Positions 10,016 to 19,890 of a stretch of 64,000 bases of DNA are shown piece by piece. The stretch spans positions 85,196 to 149,195 of the forward strand of contig CALXPB010000001.1 in the NCBI GenBank assembly GCA_944390225.1, given 5' to 3'. The stretch's first letter is position 1, and each line of letters begins with the position of its first letter. The translations under genes were made by a program, and so were the position numbers. Under the pieces are notes generated by a model that ran no database searches, had not been told where the DNA came from, and saw nothing but the letters and a program-made list of their open reading frames with translations. The DNA is from an uncultured Alphaproteobacteria bacterium. GTDB lineage: Bacteria; Pseudomonadota; Alphaproteobacteria; Rs-D84.

Positions 10016-10104
10016 AGTTTGTATAGTTGTGAATTTTTAACCCTCGATTTTTCGAGGGTTTTATATGTTTTTCCTTTAAGAAAAAAATCTTATGTGCTAG
10101 TGTT

Positions 10105-11205
10105 TTGTTTGTGGAGATTAAAAATATATTTATTTACGTTTTTTTGATGGTGTTACTCCCAATAAGCAACGCCTGGGCGGATTTTAATAATGTTATACAG
10201 GGATATCTTTTTGCTAATAATTATGAAATATCAGAAAATACGATTTTTGCAGAAAATGCTTTTGTTTTTGTTAATACTCTGGAAATTGTGAAATCTATTT
10301 CAGTAATAAATAATGGAACAATAAACGGTGATATAAATGTGCTTTCTGGGCATCGTTTGTTATTACAAAATAAAGGAGATATAAACGGAAGTTTTTATCT
10401 GGAAAATAATGCCAAATTAACTCAGGTTATTCATAATGAAAATGATTTTAATTCGATTAGTGTAAATGGTGGATATAATCTTTTTATAAATAGTTCTGAA
10501 ACTTTATCTTTGAGTTCTGTTATCAATTTCGGCAGAGATGCAGAAAAAATAATTTTCGGCGATTCGGTATTGTTTTTCGATAGTCTTACATCGCTTACAC
10601 GTTCCGGAGACGCACCGGATATAGAATTATCGGGAAATGTAATTATTAAAGTAAATTCTTTTCATGATATTGTTAATCGCCCGATATTTTCTAATGTCTC
10701 TGGCGACGGTACCGTTCTTTTTTATCCGGAAAACCTTGATTCAATGTATGTCATTCAATCTTATAAAGAAGACGGTTCTGTATATGCAAGGTTAATTAGG
10801 GAAACAGATTATTCCAAAATTTTTAATACTAAAATGGGCAATTTTATAAACTTTTTAAGAACGGAAAATTCAGATGATAAATTATTAAATGCTTTGGATT
10901 CGGCTTCTTCAAGAACAGAGTTAAATAGAATTATCGATGAGTCTGTAAAAACAAATCCGTTAAAACTTATGACACCGATTCGGATATTTAACTATTTTGT
11001 GGGCTTTTCTGATTATGCCGATGATAATGTTATAAATTTTATACCGTTCAGTATTTTTAACGATGATTTTCATTCTTTGGGCGGTAAGATTGCTCTTGAT
11101 TTATCTGTTTCTGATAAAGTTTCTGTCGGTATATCTGGTTATGCTGCAGATATGAATTTTTCTGATAAATTGAACGATTTTTCGCGCTTTATTATATGGT
11201 GGTAA
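10105..11205 (+). CDS. Autotransporter-like secreted/outer-membrane protein, N-terminal (passenger-like) part; interrupted by a frameshift before the next ORF
   Basis: It has a signal-peptide-like N-terminus and an Asn/Ser-rich beta-solenoid-like passenger. It stops at 11205, 4 nt before the continuation in a different frame. Confidence 0.4.
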   Translation: MFVEIKNIFIYVFLMVLLPISNAWADFNNVIQGYLFANNYEISENTIFAENAFVFVNTLEIVKSISVINNGTINGDINVLSGHRLLLQNKGDINGSFYLENNAKLTQVIHNENDFNSISVNGGYNLFINSSETLSLSSVINFGRDAEKIIFGDSVLFFDSLTSLTRSGDAPDIELSGNVIIKVNSFHDIVNRPIFSNVSGDGTVLFYPENLDSMYVIQSYKEDGSVYARLIRETDYSKIFNTKMGNFINFLRTENSDDKLLNALDSASSRTELNRIIDESVKTNPLKLMTPIRIFNYFVGFSDYADDNVINFIPFSIFNDDFHSLGGKIALDLSVSDKVSVGISGYAADMNFSDKLNDFSRFIIWW

Positions 11206-11209
11206 TTTA

Positions 11210-11680
11210 ATGATAAATTACAACGATAAAATTTGGGTCGCGGATTTAATTGCTGGTATGACATTGGCTAGTTTTGATACTGGTTTTGTTTTTTCTGATG
11301 GGGCGATAGAATATAACCCGAAAGGTTCTTCGTATTATTTTGTTACGAATATAGGAAAGATTTTTAATGTCTTAGAAAATGTAAGGTTGATTCCGTTTAT
11401 AAATCTTGGTACAGATTCTGTTTATGTTTTGAATCAGAAAGATACAGATTTTGTCGCTGGCGTTGGTGCAGAAATAAAATTTATATCAAACGATTTTGAT
11501 ATTAAGTATGATTATGGGTTAAGATTTCGTATGTTAACTTCGGGACAAGTGTTGGCTTCTTTTCGTGTAAACTTTGTATCGCCTTTTGATAGGGTAGGGG
11601 GTAATGCAGAAATTGCTGCTATATATGATGAAATGGGCCTTTCATATAATCTTAGGTTAGGTGCAACCATAGAATTTTAA
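11210..11680 (+). CDS. Autotransporter beta-barrel C-terminal fragment (continuation of 10105..11205 in the +1 frame)
   Basis: Alternating hydrophobic beta strands end in 'LRLGATIEF' with a terminal Phe. This is the hallmark C-terminal strand of outer-membrane beta barrels. Confidence 0.45.
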   Translation: MINYNDKIWVADLIAGMTLASFDTGFVFSDGAIEYNPKGSSYYFVTNIGKIFNVLENVRLIPFINLGTDSVYVLNQKDTDFVAGVGAEIKFISNDFDIKYDYGLRFRMLTSGQVLASFRVNFVSPFDRVGGNAEIAAIYDEMGLSYNLRLGATIEF

Positions 11681-12991
11681 TTAGTCCACAATATCGCCAC
11701 GTAAAGACGCTTTATTTGCAGCAGTTATACGAATGTTTGCAAGTTGCTTTTCTTGGTTATCTTTTATGGTGTTAACGATACATTGTTGCATGTATGGAGT
11801 TCTATAAACTAGATGTTTACCGGTTTTGTCTGGTCCTTCGCATAAACACTCCATTGTTTTTCCTATGCATGATTCATTAAATTTTCTTTGCAGTTCGTTT
11901 AGGTAAGAATCCAGTTTTGCTAATCTATCTGCTTTAACAGATTCTGGTATCTGGTCTTTCATTAATGCAGCCGCTGTGTGAGGGCGGGGCGAGTATTTAA
12001 AAGAATAAGAATTTATATATCTTATTCTTTTTACTATTTCCATTGTTTGCTCAAAATCTTCTTCTGTTTCACCTGGGAATCCAACTATAAAATCACTTGA
12101 TATTTGAATGTCTGGGCGTGCAGATTTCAACCCGTTAACTATATCTATATATAGGCCCAAACTATAAGGTCGGTTCATCCGTGTCAATACATTCTGAGAC
12201 CCGCTTTGTATAGGCATGTTCAAAAACGGTAAAAGTTTAGGTTCTGTTCTGAACATGTCAATCAGGTCATCGGTCATTTCTGTTGGATAACTGGATGTAA
12301 AACGAATTCTTTTGATGTTAACCAGTTTTGCTGTTTCTTTTATCAAGTCAGATAAACGATATGTTTTGCCTGTTGTTTCATCTGTGTATTTATAACCGTT
12401 TACATTTTGACCCAGAAAGCATATTTCTATTGCGCCTGTTTCCGAAGCGTGTTCGGTGTCGCGTATAACATCTTTAAAAGGACGCGATAACTCGCGACCG
12501 CGAGTGTAGGGTACAATGCAATATGTGCAGCAATGATTACATCCTTCTTGGATAGGTATATATGCCACTGTGGGTGATTTTTCCATTTGAGGTAGTTCAT
12601 CAAATTTTTCTAATCCTGTTAAATCAATATTGAACAGTTTTATATCAGGATTTTCTAATATTTCTGGAAGTTTATGATAACTTTGTGGTCCTAAAACAAA
12701 ATTCAAATCAGGAATTCGTTTAAAAGCCGTTTCACCCGCTTCACGTGCTACGCAACCGACTATGCCGAAAAGAGCATCTGTTTTTTTTGCGCGACGAACA
12801 CGCCCCAATGCAGAAAAAACTTTATTCGTTGCTTTTTCTCTAACAGCGCATGTGTTTAATATGATTATATCAGCGTCTGCAAGGTTTTCTGTTTGTGAAA
12901 AACCGTGCTTGTTCAGCATTGCTGCGATTCGTTGACCATCATATACGTTCATCTGACAGCCAAAAGTTTGAATAAAGAATTTCCTTGTCAT
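11681..12991 (-). CDS. miaB: tRNA-i6A37 methylthiotransferase MiaB
   Basis: N-terminal MTTase cysteine motif 'FGCQMN...NTCAV'. Radical-SAM 'GCNHCCTYCIVP' and a TRAM-like C-terminus. 436 aa. Confidence 0.85.
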   Translation of the reverse strand: MTRKFFIQTFGCQMNVYDGQRIAAMLNKHGFSQTENLADADIIILNTCAVREKATNKVFSALGRVRRAKKTDALFGIVGCVAREAGETAFKRIPDLNFVLGPQSYHKLPEILENPDIKLFNIDLTGLEKFDELPQMEKSPTVAYIPIQEGCNHCCTYCIVPYTRGRELSRPFKDVIRDTEHASETGAIEICFLGQNVNGYKYTDETTGKTYRLSDLIKETAKLVNIKRIRFTSSYPTEMTDDLIDMFRTEPKLLPFLNMPIQSGSQNVLTRMNRPYSLGLYIDIVNGLKSARPDIQISSDFIVGFPGETEEDFEQTMEIVKRIRYINSYSFKYSPRPHTAAALMKDQIPESVKADRLAKLDSYLNELQRKFNESCIGKTMECLCEGPDKTGKHLVYRTPYMQQCIVNTIKDNQEKQLANIRITAANKASLRGDIVD

Positions 12992-13205
12992 TGTTTTATT
13001 TACTTTTTGTTCTTTGATTCCTGATAAACTTTTGCTTTGTCTTTTGCAGTTTATTGAAATAGTTTTGTGAATGTATTTGTTTTATGGTTGTACATGGAAC
13101 TTCTGGTAAAAATGGGTTCTTTTCTTGTGCAAAATATTTTGAAATAAATGATATAAATTTAATTCTTGATTTTATGCTCATTTTTTACTCCGTAATTAAA
13201 ATGTC

Positions 13206-14726
13206 TTATGATAATTTTTGTTTTAAAATTTCGTTAACTACACTTGGGTTTGCTTTTCCGCCTGTTGCTTTCATAACATTTCCTACAAAGAATCCAAGCA
13301 AACCGACTTTGCCAGATTTGTATTGTTCAACTTGTGACGGGTTTGCATTTATTACATCATCAACTGCTTTTTCTATTGCACCTGTATCTGTAATTTGCTT
13401 CATACCGAATCGGTCTGCGATTTCTTTTGGTGTCCCCGATTCGCCATCTAACATTTTTATAAATATTTCTTTTGCTTGTTTACCGTTGATTTCAGATGCA
13501 GAAATCATATCTACTAATTCGGCTAAATTTTCAGGTGTGATAATTCGCGCTGTGCCTTGTTCAGATGTATCCACAGCGTTTTTTACATCCCAATTTTCTG
13601 GGTGTGCAAATAGTTCACTTATCATCCAGTTCGCAATCTGTTTTGCACGTTCAGGTTTATCACCAACTGCTGCGTCAAACCATTTTGATATATCTGTCGA
13701 TTCTGTTAAACGTGCTGCATCATATTCACTTAGACCTAAATTGATATAACGTGCACGAGTTGCTGCCGGTAATTCAGGCATGGTACTGCGAATTCTTTCA
13801 ATTGTTTCTTCACTTATTTCCAGTGGTAATAAGTCTGGGTCTGGAAAATAACGATAATCTAATGCGTCTTCTTTTTTACGGGCAACAGATGTCGTACCGT
13901 CTTCTTGGTTATAGTGCATAGTATCCTGTGATACCTTACCACCGCTTTCATATATTTCTATTTGACGACGTGCTTCGTATTCAATGGCGGACTTTATAAA
14001 TTTAAAGGAAACCATGTTTTTTGTTTCTGTACGTGTTCTGAATTCTTTTGAGCCAACTGGTCTGACAGATACATTTACGTCGGAACGCATAGAACCTTCT
14101 TCCATGTTTGCTTTTGATACACCAAGCGCACGGGCAATTTCACGAATTTCACGTAAATAACGTTCCATTTCATCAGGAGACGATATATAAGATGTGTTAT
14201 CTGGGTTTTTAGTATCCAGATAAGTTACAATTTCTAATAAAGCAACACTCGTTCTATTAAAGTCAACAAATGATTTTGTTGGATGAATATCATGTTTTAA
14301 TTTTGCAGCGTCTTGCTCCAAATGTGCACGTTCAATTAAAATCTTTTTAGGTTTTCCATCGTCCCCCATAATTTCGACCCAACCACGACCGACAATTGGC
14401 GGTTCTTCCGGAGGTTGTGAAATTTGATAACCTTGTGGCAGGTCAGGGTAGAAGTACTGTTTACGAGCAAATTTGCTTTTTCTGGATATTTCTGCATTTA
14501 ACCCCAGTCCCATACGAATCGCCTGTTCAACACAGTATTCGTTTAAGACAGGCAACATACCAGGCATAGCAACGTCAACCATAGAAACTTGGGTGTTTGG
14601 TGAAATGCTGGGATTATAATCTGCGGACGCACCACTAAAAAGTTTGCTGTTAGACAGAACTTCTATATGCGTTTCCAACCCTATGACTAATTCCCAATCT
14701 GTTGTTTTGCCTTTTATTGTAAACAT
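13206..14726 (-). CDS. gatB: Asp/Glu-tRNA amidotransferase subunit B
   Basis: 506 aa. 'WELVIGLETHIEV', 'NRAGVPLLEIVT'-like and a C-terminal GatB/YqeY domain. Confidence 0.9.
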   Translation of the reverse strand: MFTIKGKTTDWELVIGLETHIEVLSNSKLFSGASADYNPSISPNTQVSMVDVAMPGMLPVLNEYCVEQAIRMGLGLNAEISRKSKFARKQYFYPDLPQGYQISQPPEEPPIVGRGWVEIMGDDGKPKKILIERAHLEQDAAKLKHDIHPTKSFVDFNRTSVALLEIVTYLDTKNPDNTSYISSPDEMERYLREIREIARALGVSKANMEEGSMRSDVNVSVRPVGSKEFRTRTETKNMVSFKFIKSAIEYEARRQIEIYESGGKVSQDTMHYNQEDGTTSVARKKEDALDYRYFPDPDLLPLEISEETIERIRSTMPELPAATRARYINLGLSEYDAARLTESTDISKWFDAAVGDKPERAKQIANWMISELFAHPENWDVKNAVDTSEQGTARIITPENLAELVDMISASEINGKQAKEIFIKMLDGESGTPKEIADRFGMKQITDTGAIEKAVDDVINANPSQVEQYKSGKVGLLGFFVGNVMKATGGKANPSVVNEILKQKLS

Positions 14727-14779
14727 TTTTATTTTTCCTTGCTTTTTGTCTTTTGGTATTTTATTATTCGTTTCGCGTT

Positions 14780-14855
14780 GGCTAGATAGCTCAGTTGGTA
14801 GAGCAAGGGACTGAAAATCCCTGTGTCAGTGGTTCGATTCCACTTCTAGCCACCA
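14780..14855 (+). tRNA. tRNA-Phe (anticodon GAA)
   Basis: GGCTAGATAGCTCAGTTGGTAGAGCAAGGGACTGAAAATCCCTGTGTCAGTGGTTCGATTCCACTTCTAGCCACCA. It has a canonical cloverleaf and encoded CCA. Confidence 0.9.
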
Positions 14856-14860
14856 TTTTT

Positions 14861-16339
14861 TTATTTCCCCATTACTTTTGTCGGTCTGTTATCAATTCCT
14901 GCAAATTGTTCAATATGTTTTGCAAGTTGTAGAACCTTTAAATCATCAAAGCGTTTGCCAACAACTTGCATACCTAGTGGTAAACCATTTTCTGCCAAAC
15001 CACATGGTACACTGCAAGCAGGAATACCCGCAAGATTCATCGCAACGGTAAACATATCTAATGCATAATATTCCAGTGGCGTTAAATCTGAATCAAGAGG
15101 TAATGCAGTTCCTGCACTGGATGGACATACTATTAAATCACACATTGTAAATGCATGATTAAAACTTTCTGATATCATTCTGCGAACACGTGCCGCTTGC
15201 ATGAAATATACTTCGTATGACTCACTAGATAATACAGCGGTACCGATAATTATACGACGTTGAACTTCTTCACCAAAGCCCGCCGCACGAGTTTTCTTAA
15301 ATGTATCATAAATATCTTTGCCTTCTACGCGCAGTCCATACCTCATACCGTCATAGCGCGCAAGATTAGACGATGCTTCTGCCGGAGCAATTATATAATA
15401 TACCGCCAATGCGTCCAGAATGTTCGGTATAGATACTTCAACTATTTCTGCACCGTTTGACTTTAAATCTGCTATTCTTGATTCAAACAGTTTTTTCATA
15501 TCTTCCGAAATTTTTACGTCCATCAGTTCTTTTATAATTCCTATGCGAAGAGGTTTATCTGATTTATTTAAAATCGGTTGCAAACTGCCGTCAAAATCAA
15601 AATTTTTATTTGAACTGGTAGAATCTTTCGGATCATGTCCTGCCATCGCGGATAATAGCAATGCTGTATCTTCAACTGTGCGTCCAATCGGCCCCGGAGT
15701 ATCTAAACTTGATGCGAATGCAACACAGCCCCAGCGACTGCATAAACCGTATGTAGGTTTCATACCGACTAACCCTGTTATTGCAGAAGGAAACCGAATT
15801 GAACCACCTGTATCAGTTCCTGTGCCACCAATTGCCAGACCGCTTGCAACTGCGCTGGTTGTGCCACCAGATGAGCCACCTGCGGTTAAACGGTTTTCAA
15901 GTTGCCATGGATTTACCGGAGCACCAAAATAACTTGTCTTACTGAATGTACCCATTGCAAATTCATCAAGATTTGTTTTACCTAGTAATACAGTTCCTGA
16001 ATCAATGAATTTCTGTGAAACGGTCGATTCGTATTCCGGTACAAAATTTTCTAACATTCGTGACGCGGCAGTTGTTCTGATTCCACGCGTAGCAAATAAA
16101 TCTTTCATACCAATCGGAATACCATCTAAGGGTAGGGCGGTACCCGCGGCATAGCGCGCATCAGATGCCGCCGCGTCTGCCATTGCACGTTCTGGTGTGA
16201 CAGTTATATAGCAATTTAGTTCTTTGCCGTATTGTTCTATTCTGTCCAGATAAGCACGAGTTAATTCAACTGCACTTATTTCACCCGATTTTAATTTTTT
16301 TAATGCTTCTGTAATTGTTAGGTCTATCATTTTTTTCAC
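14861..16339 (-). CDS. gatA: Glutamyl-tRNA(Gln) amidotransferase subunit A
   Basis: 492 aa amidase signature family. 'GGSSGG' and the 'GTDTGGSIRFPSA' Ser-cisSer-Lys motif. Confidence 0.9.
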   Translation of the reverse strand: MKKMIDLTITEALKKLKSGEISAVELTRAYLDRIEQYGKELNCYITVTPERAMADAAASDARYAAGTALPLDGIPIGMKDLFATRGIRTTAASRMLENFVPEYESTVSQKFIDSGTVLLGKTNLDEFAMGTFSKTSYFGAPVNPWQLENRLTAGGSSGGTTSAVASGLAIGGTGTDTGGSIRFPSAITGLVGMKPTYGLCSRWGCVAFASSLDTPGPIGRTVEDTALLLSAMAGHDPKDSTSSNKNFDFDGSLQPILNKSDKPLRIGIIKELMDVKISEDMKKLFESRIADLKSNGAEIVEVSIPNILDALAVYYIIAPAEASSNLARYDGMRYGLRVEGKDIYDTFKKTRAAGFGEEVQRRIIIGTAVLSSESYEVYFMQAARVRRMISESFNHAFTMCDLIVCPSSAGTALPLDSDLTPLEYYALDMFTVAMNLAGIPACSVPCGLAENGLPLGMQVVGKRFDDLKVLQLAKHIEQFAGIDNRPTKVMGK

Positions 16340-16354
16340 TTTGAGGTTTATTAA

Positions 16355-16648
16355 TTATTCGTCCATAACTTTGGGTACTGCAAAATATCCACGTGAAACA
16401 CCTGCGTTGTCGGGGGCATTTGCTAAAACTAAATCTCTGATATTTCCGTCTGTTACAATATCTGCCCGTCGTGGCAGTTTATGTTCTGCCGGATTTAACA
16501 TAGGTTCAATACCTGTGGTATCAATCTTTTGTAGTTTATCCAACCATTCAATTACAGAGTCTATATTCATATGTTCAAGTTTTTCTTCTGTAATTTCTAA
16601 TTTTATTAAATCTGCAAATTTTTGTAATTGTTGCTTGCTAAAAGGCAT
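16355..16648 (-). CDS. gatC: Asp/Glu-tRNA amidotransferase subunit C
   Basis: 97 aa with typical GatC length and sequence ('IEWLDKLQKIDTTGIEPM'). It lies directly upstream of gatA. Confidence 0.85.
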   Translation of the reverse strand: MPFSKQQLQKFADLIKLEITEEKLEHMNIDSVIEWLDKLQKIDTTGIEPMLNPAEHKLPRRADIVTDGNIRDLVLANAPDNAGVSRGYFAVPKVMDE

Positions 16649-16697
16649 TTCAAATCCTATTCTATTTATGTTAATAATTAACCGAGGAAATTATACA

Positions 16698-17150
16698 ATG
16701 ATTTTGCCAGATTTCAAGGATTTTCCGCGCAAAGGGCGTCTTTTAGGAATAGATTGGGGGGCGAAAAGAACTGGTGTTGCCGTTTCCGATGATTCCCAAG
16801 AGTTTTTCTTTGTTCGTGAACCAATTGTATCATTAAAGAAATCACAGTCTGTTGCCAGACAAATTGCTGACACGGCAATTGCAGAAAAAGTCGTCGGCAT
16901 AGTTTTCGGTTTACCGACATATTCAGACGGTAAAAATTCTAGTACGGCAAAATTGGTTCGTGATTGTGCAATAGAAACGTCTGAATATGTAAATTTACCC
17001 ATAGTTTTTATTGATGAGACTTTAACCAGTTTCTCTGCTCAGGAAAGTATGGGTAAGATAAGACTTTCTGATATAAAAGAAAAGTTAGATTCTGAATCTG
17101 CACGCGTAATTCTTGAAAATGCGGTGGCCGTTTTGAATAGGCTAAAATAA
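16698..17150 (+). CDS. ruvX: Holliday-junction resolvase-like RuvX/YqgF
   Basis: 'GRLLGIDWGAKRTGVAVSD' is the YqgF N-terminal motif. The true start is the Met at 16698 (RBS GAGGAAA). The 5' extension in the ORF track is antisense to gatC. Confidence 0.8.
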   Translation: MILPDFKDFPRKGRLLGIDWGAKRTGVAVSDDSQEFFFVREPIVSLKKSQSVARQIADTAIAEKVVGIVFGLPTYSDGKNSSTAKLVRDCAIETSEYVNLPIVFIDETLTSFSAQESMGKIRLSDIKEKLDSESARVILENAVAVLNRLK

Positions 17151-17163
17151 GAATCTTGTCTTT

Positions 17164-18225
17164 TTATTCTTCTTCTTTTTTATCAGGAATTTTTCCGTCC
17201 GCAGATAGTAATATAGCAATCCAACGCGTAGAATCAAATTGCGCCGTTATTATAAATGTAGCAACTAACAGCGGTACGCTGAAAAACATTCCTGCAATTC
17301 CCCATATCATACCCCAGAATACTAGGTTTATTAATATTGCCAGTGTCGAAAGGTTTAAAGTCTTTCCCGTTAACTTTGGTTCTAATATATTACCAAATAT
17401 TATCTGCAGTCCTATTAAACCGATAGCGGTTAATATGGGTTGATGTAATGAAGGTGCGGTGATTAACGAGTATAGTATCGGTAATGCACATGCAACAATC
17501 GCACCAATTGTAGGAATATAACTAGTTATGAATACTACAAAAGCCCATATGCCCGCAAATTCAACACCTATCATCTGTAACCAGAAATAAGAAAGAATAC
17601 CAGTAATTCCGGATAATAACGTTTTCATAAATAAGTATTTTTTCATATTTGTATCAATGCTTTCTAATATATAACGCATTTTTTTTGATTGTGTTCGGTT
17701 AGGAAACAAAACAGAAAATTTTTTGTTAAAAGTACTTTGTTCAATGAATATGAACAGCATATATATGATAATCATTCCCGCAGAAGTGACAAGGTTTGCC
17801 GCAGATGAACCAATATTTGTAGCAATGTTTGCTATATTAGGTAACATACTGGCGTCAAAGCGTATGCCAAGTGATTCAGAAAGGTATTTTCCAAAGTTTA
17901 TAAGGCTGTGTTGTATTGCCGGTAATGCGTTGACCAGTTCTTTAAACATTGGTTGTATTTGTGTGATAAAGAAATATATTACGGCACAGAATATTAAAGT
18001 TGCAGAAATTCCAGATAGCCAATCAAAGACATGCCCAATAAATGGTTTTTCTTTTCTTTCTTCTTCGGAATTTACAGGCATAATTTTTCGAAAGTATGTG
18101 GATGTTGCGTTTATAAGATACCAAAAAAAAGTTGCAACAAGTAAAGGTATCAAAATAGAACGACCAAGCCATAAAAAAAATATTAATGCCGCAAAGAAAA
18201 TTATTCCATTCATAAAATCCTCCAT
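17164..18225 (-). CDS. AI-2E family transporter (PerM/YdiK-like, UPF0118) membrane protein
   Basis: 353 aa with about 8 TM segments. Topology and length are typical of this family. Confidence 0.5.
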   Translation of the reverse strand: MEDFMNGIIFFAALIFFLWLGRSILIPLLVATFFWYLINATSTYFRKIMPVNSEEERKEKPFIGHVFDWLSGISATLIFCAVIYFFITQIQPMFKELVNALPAIQHSLINFGKYLSESLGIRFDASMLPNIANIATNIGSSAANLVTSAGMIIIYMLFIFIEQSTFNKKFSVLFPNRTQSKKMRYILESIDTNMKKYLFMKTLLSGITGILSYFWLQMIGVEFAGIWAFVVFITSYIPTIGAIVACALPILYSLITAPSLHQPILTAIGLIGLQIIFGNILEPKLTGKTLNLSTLAILINLVFWGMIWGIAGMFFSVPLLVATFIITAQFDSTRWIAILLSADGKIPDKKEEE

Positions 18226-18253
18226 GCCTTGTTTTTGTCTATATAGCGCGTTT

Positions 18254-19168
18254 TTATTGGTTCGGAATCACATATGAAATATCGCTGATATTTATTTGTA
18301 AGTTATTATTCTTATGTATAGTCGAATATGTTGTTATTCCTATAAGTAAAAGTAATAGAATTATATTTACTAAAACCGCAAAATTTGCGTATTTATTAGG
18401 AACAATTTTTTTAAAGTTATCTTTACCCACTATATTTAACCATATTGAAAATAATACCGCCAAAAACATTGTTAACAATACAGAATTAAAACCAAAGAAA
18501 AAAACGGAAATGAATGTTAAAAGAATAAATACAGTTAAGGTCTTTGTGATTTTTGATAAAGTCCAGTTTGTAAATTTTTCATACCATTTAGTTTTTATTT
18601 GCAGTATAGGTTTGTTTTTATTCTGTTCGGGTACAATGTATCCTGGTATCCATAACAACCCGAAACCCAAAGGAAGTGTACATATTATTTTCCAAGAAGA
18701 TACACCCATTGCTCTGCAACGGCGATATTTTGCGTATAAGTTAGATATAAATACTCCCCCCAGATACAGATAAAATAGTATCATAAATACTATTATAAAC
18801 ATTGCAGTAATGTTAAGGTTTACACCTATAAATAAAAGTTTGTTAGCATTTGATGCAATTATAAGGCCAGAAACAAAAAAGGCGACTGATATTAAAAATA
18901 TTTGTGCATTATTTAAAGCCACAAAACTTTTTCTATCCAGATTTTCTGACGGCATTTTTTTTAACATAATGTAAGCACTTAAAGCAAACACGATTGCTAA
19001 TAAAATTAACTTTATACCGTTTCCTGCGTCTGCACCGTTAAAAAATAAATTTGATAATAAAAAATATAAAAATCCCATACCAATAATCATAAAGAATGTG
19101 ATTATGCTAAATCTAAGCGGAGCCCATAAAAGCCAATTTATCAGAGTATCCGGTTTCTTTCCTGTCAT
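18254..19168 (-). CDS. Polytopic inner-membrane protein of unknown function
   Basis: 304 aa and highly hydrophobic with multiple predicted TM helices. No recognisable motif. Confidence 0.4.
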   Translation of the reverse strand: MTGKKPDTLINWLLWAPLRFSIITFFMIIGMGFLYFLLSNLFFNGADAGNGIKLILLAIVFALSAYIMLKKMPSENLDRKSFVALNNAQIFLISVAFFVSGLIIASNANKLLFIGVNLNITAMFIIVFMILFYLYLGGVFISNLYAKYRRCRAMGVSSWKIICTLPLGFGLLWIPGYIVPEQNKNKPILQIKTKWYEKFTNWTLSKITKTLTVFILLTFISVFFFGFNSVLLTMFLAVLFSIWLNIVGKDNFKKIVPNKYANFAVLVNIILLLLLIGITTYSTIHKNNNLQINISDISYVIPNQ

Positions 19169-19194
19169 AATATTTTCCCCTTTGTATTTATCTT

Positions 19195-19872
19195 TTATTC
19201 TATCATAAGTTTCCCTGATGATAAAGAGGTTATAGCAGTAGGTTTTATTAAAGATGTAAAACTTGGTTGGTGACTTATGAAAAGAAATGTCGTATCTCGC
19301 ATTGCTTCAATAGTTTGTACGATTTGTTTTTGTACCGTACTGTCTGCGCCAGAATCTGGTTCGTCTAAAATAGCAAATTTCGGTTCGGTCATTATTAAAC
19401 GTAATAACATAAGTTTTTTTCTTTCTCCACCAGAAAAACCTACATTTATGCTACGATTCAGCCATTCTTTAGGAATATCCAGTTTTAATCTAGATTCTTC
19501 AAGTTTTGTAAGAAACTCCCCCATGGATAAGTCTTTGCCCGTCCTAAAATGCGTATGTGCAGACATAGAATGTTTCAGAAAACTTAATACCGTAAGCCCA
19601 GGAATTTCTGGTACGTTCTGAGCCCCTAAGAAAATTCCAAGTAATGATCTGGTTGTCGCATTTTCTTTTGTAATATCTGTTCCGTCAAAAATTATTTTAC
19701 CTTTGTCTATTGTATATTCTGGATCACCTGCAATTACTGATACTAATGTCGTCTTGCCAGAACCGTTATGACCAGATAACAAATGTCTGGCACCCTTTTT
19801 TATCGTCATATTTATATTCGATAATAAAGTTTTATCGTTAAAAGATACATATAAATTTTCAATTCTTAACAT
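19195..19872 (-). CDS. sufC: Fe-S cluster assembly ATPase SufC
   Basis: ABC ATPase with Walker A 'GHNGSGKTT', signature 'FSGGERKK' and Walker B 'ILDEPDSG'. It lies downstream of sufB. Confidence 0.85.
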   Translation of the reverse strand: MLRIENLYVSFNDKTLLSNINMTIKKGARHLLSGHNGSGKTTLVSVIAGDPEYTIDKGKIIFDGTDITKENATTRSLLGIFLGAQNVPEIPGLTVLSFLKHSMSAHTHFRTGKDLSMGEFLTKLEESRLKLDIPKEWLNRSINVGFSGGERKKLMLLRLIMTEPKFAILDEPDSGADSTVQKQIVQTIEAMRDTTFLFISHQPSFTSLIKPTAITSLSSGKLMIE

Positions 19873-19890
19873 GTTTTTCCCTATTAAAGT

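Noticed and set aside
13084-13749. 221-aa plus-strand ORF
   Set aside because: It lies entirely antisense to gatB, which has unmistakable homology. It has a low-complexity Ser/Phe-rich translation and no RBS, so it is a spurious shadow ORF.
15420-15932. 170-aa plus-strand ORF (and 15260..15460)
   Set aside because: It is antisense to gatA. It is a shadow ORF.
16341-16697. 5' extension of the ruvX ORF in the track
   Set aside because: The N-terminal 119 codons overlap gatC on the opposite strand and have a nonsense-like composition. The YqgF motif begins right after the internal Met at 16698, which has its own RBS.
17156-18277. Plus-strand ORFs 17156..17443 and 17723..18277
   Set aside because: They are antisense to the AI-2E transporter gene. 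They have a hydrophobic-mirror composition and no RBS.
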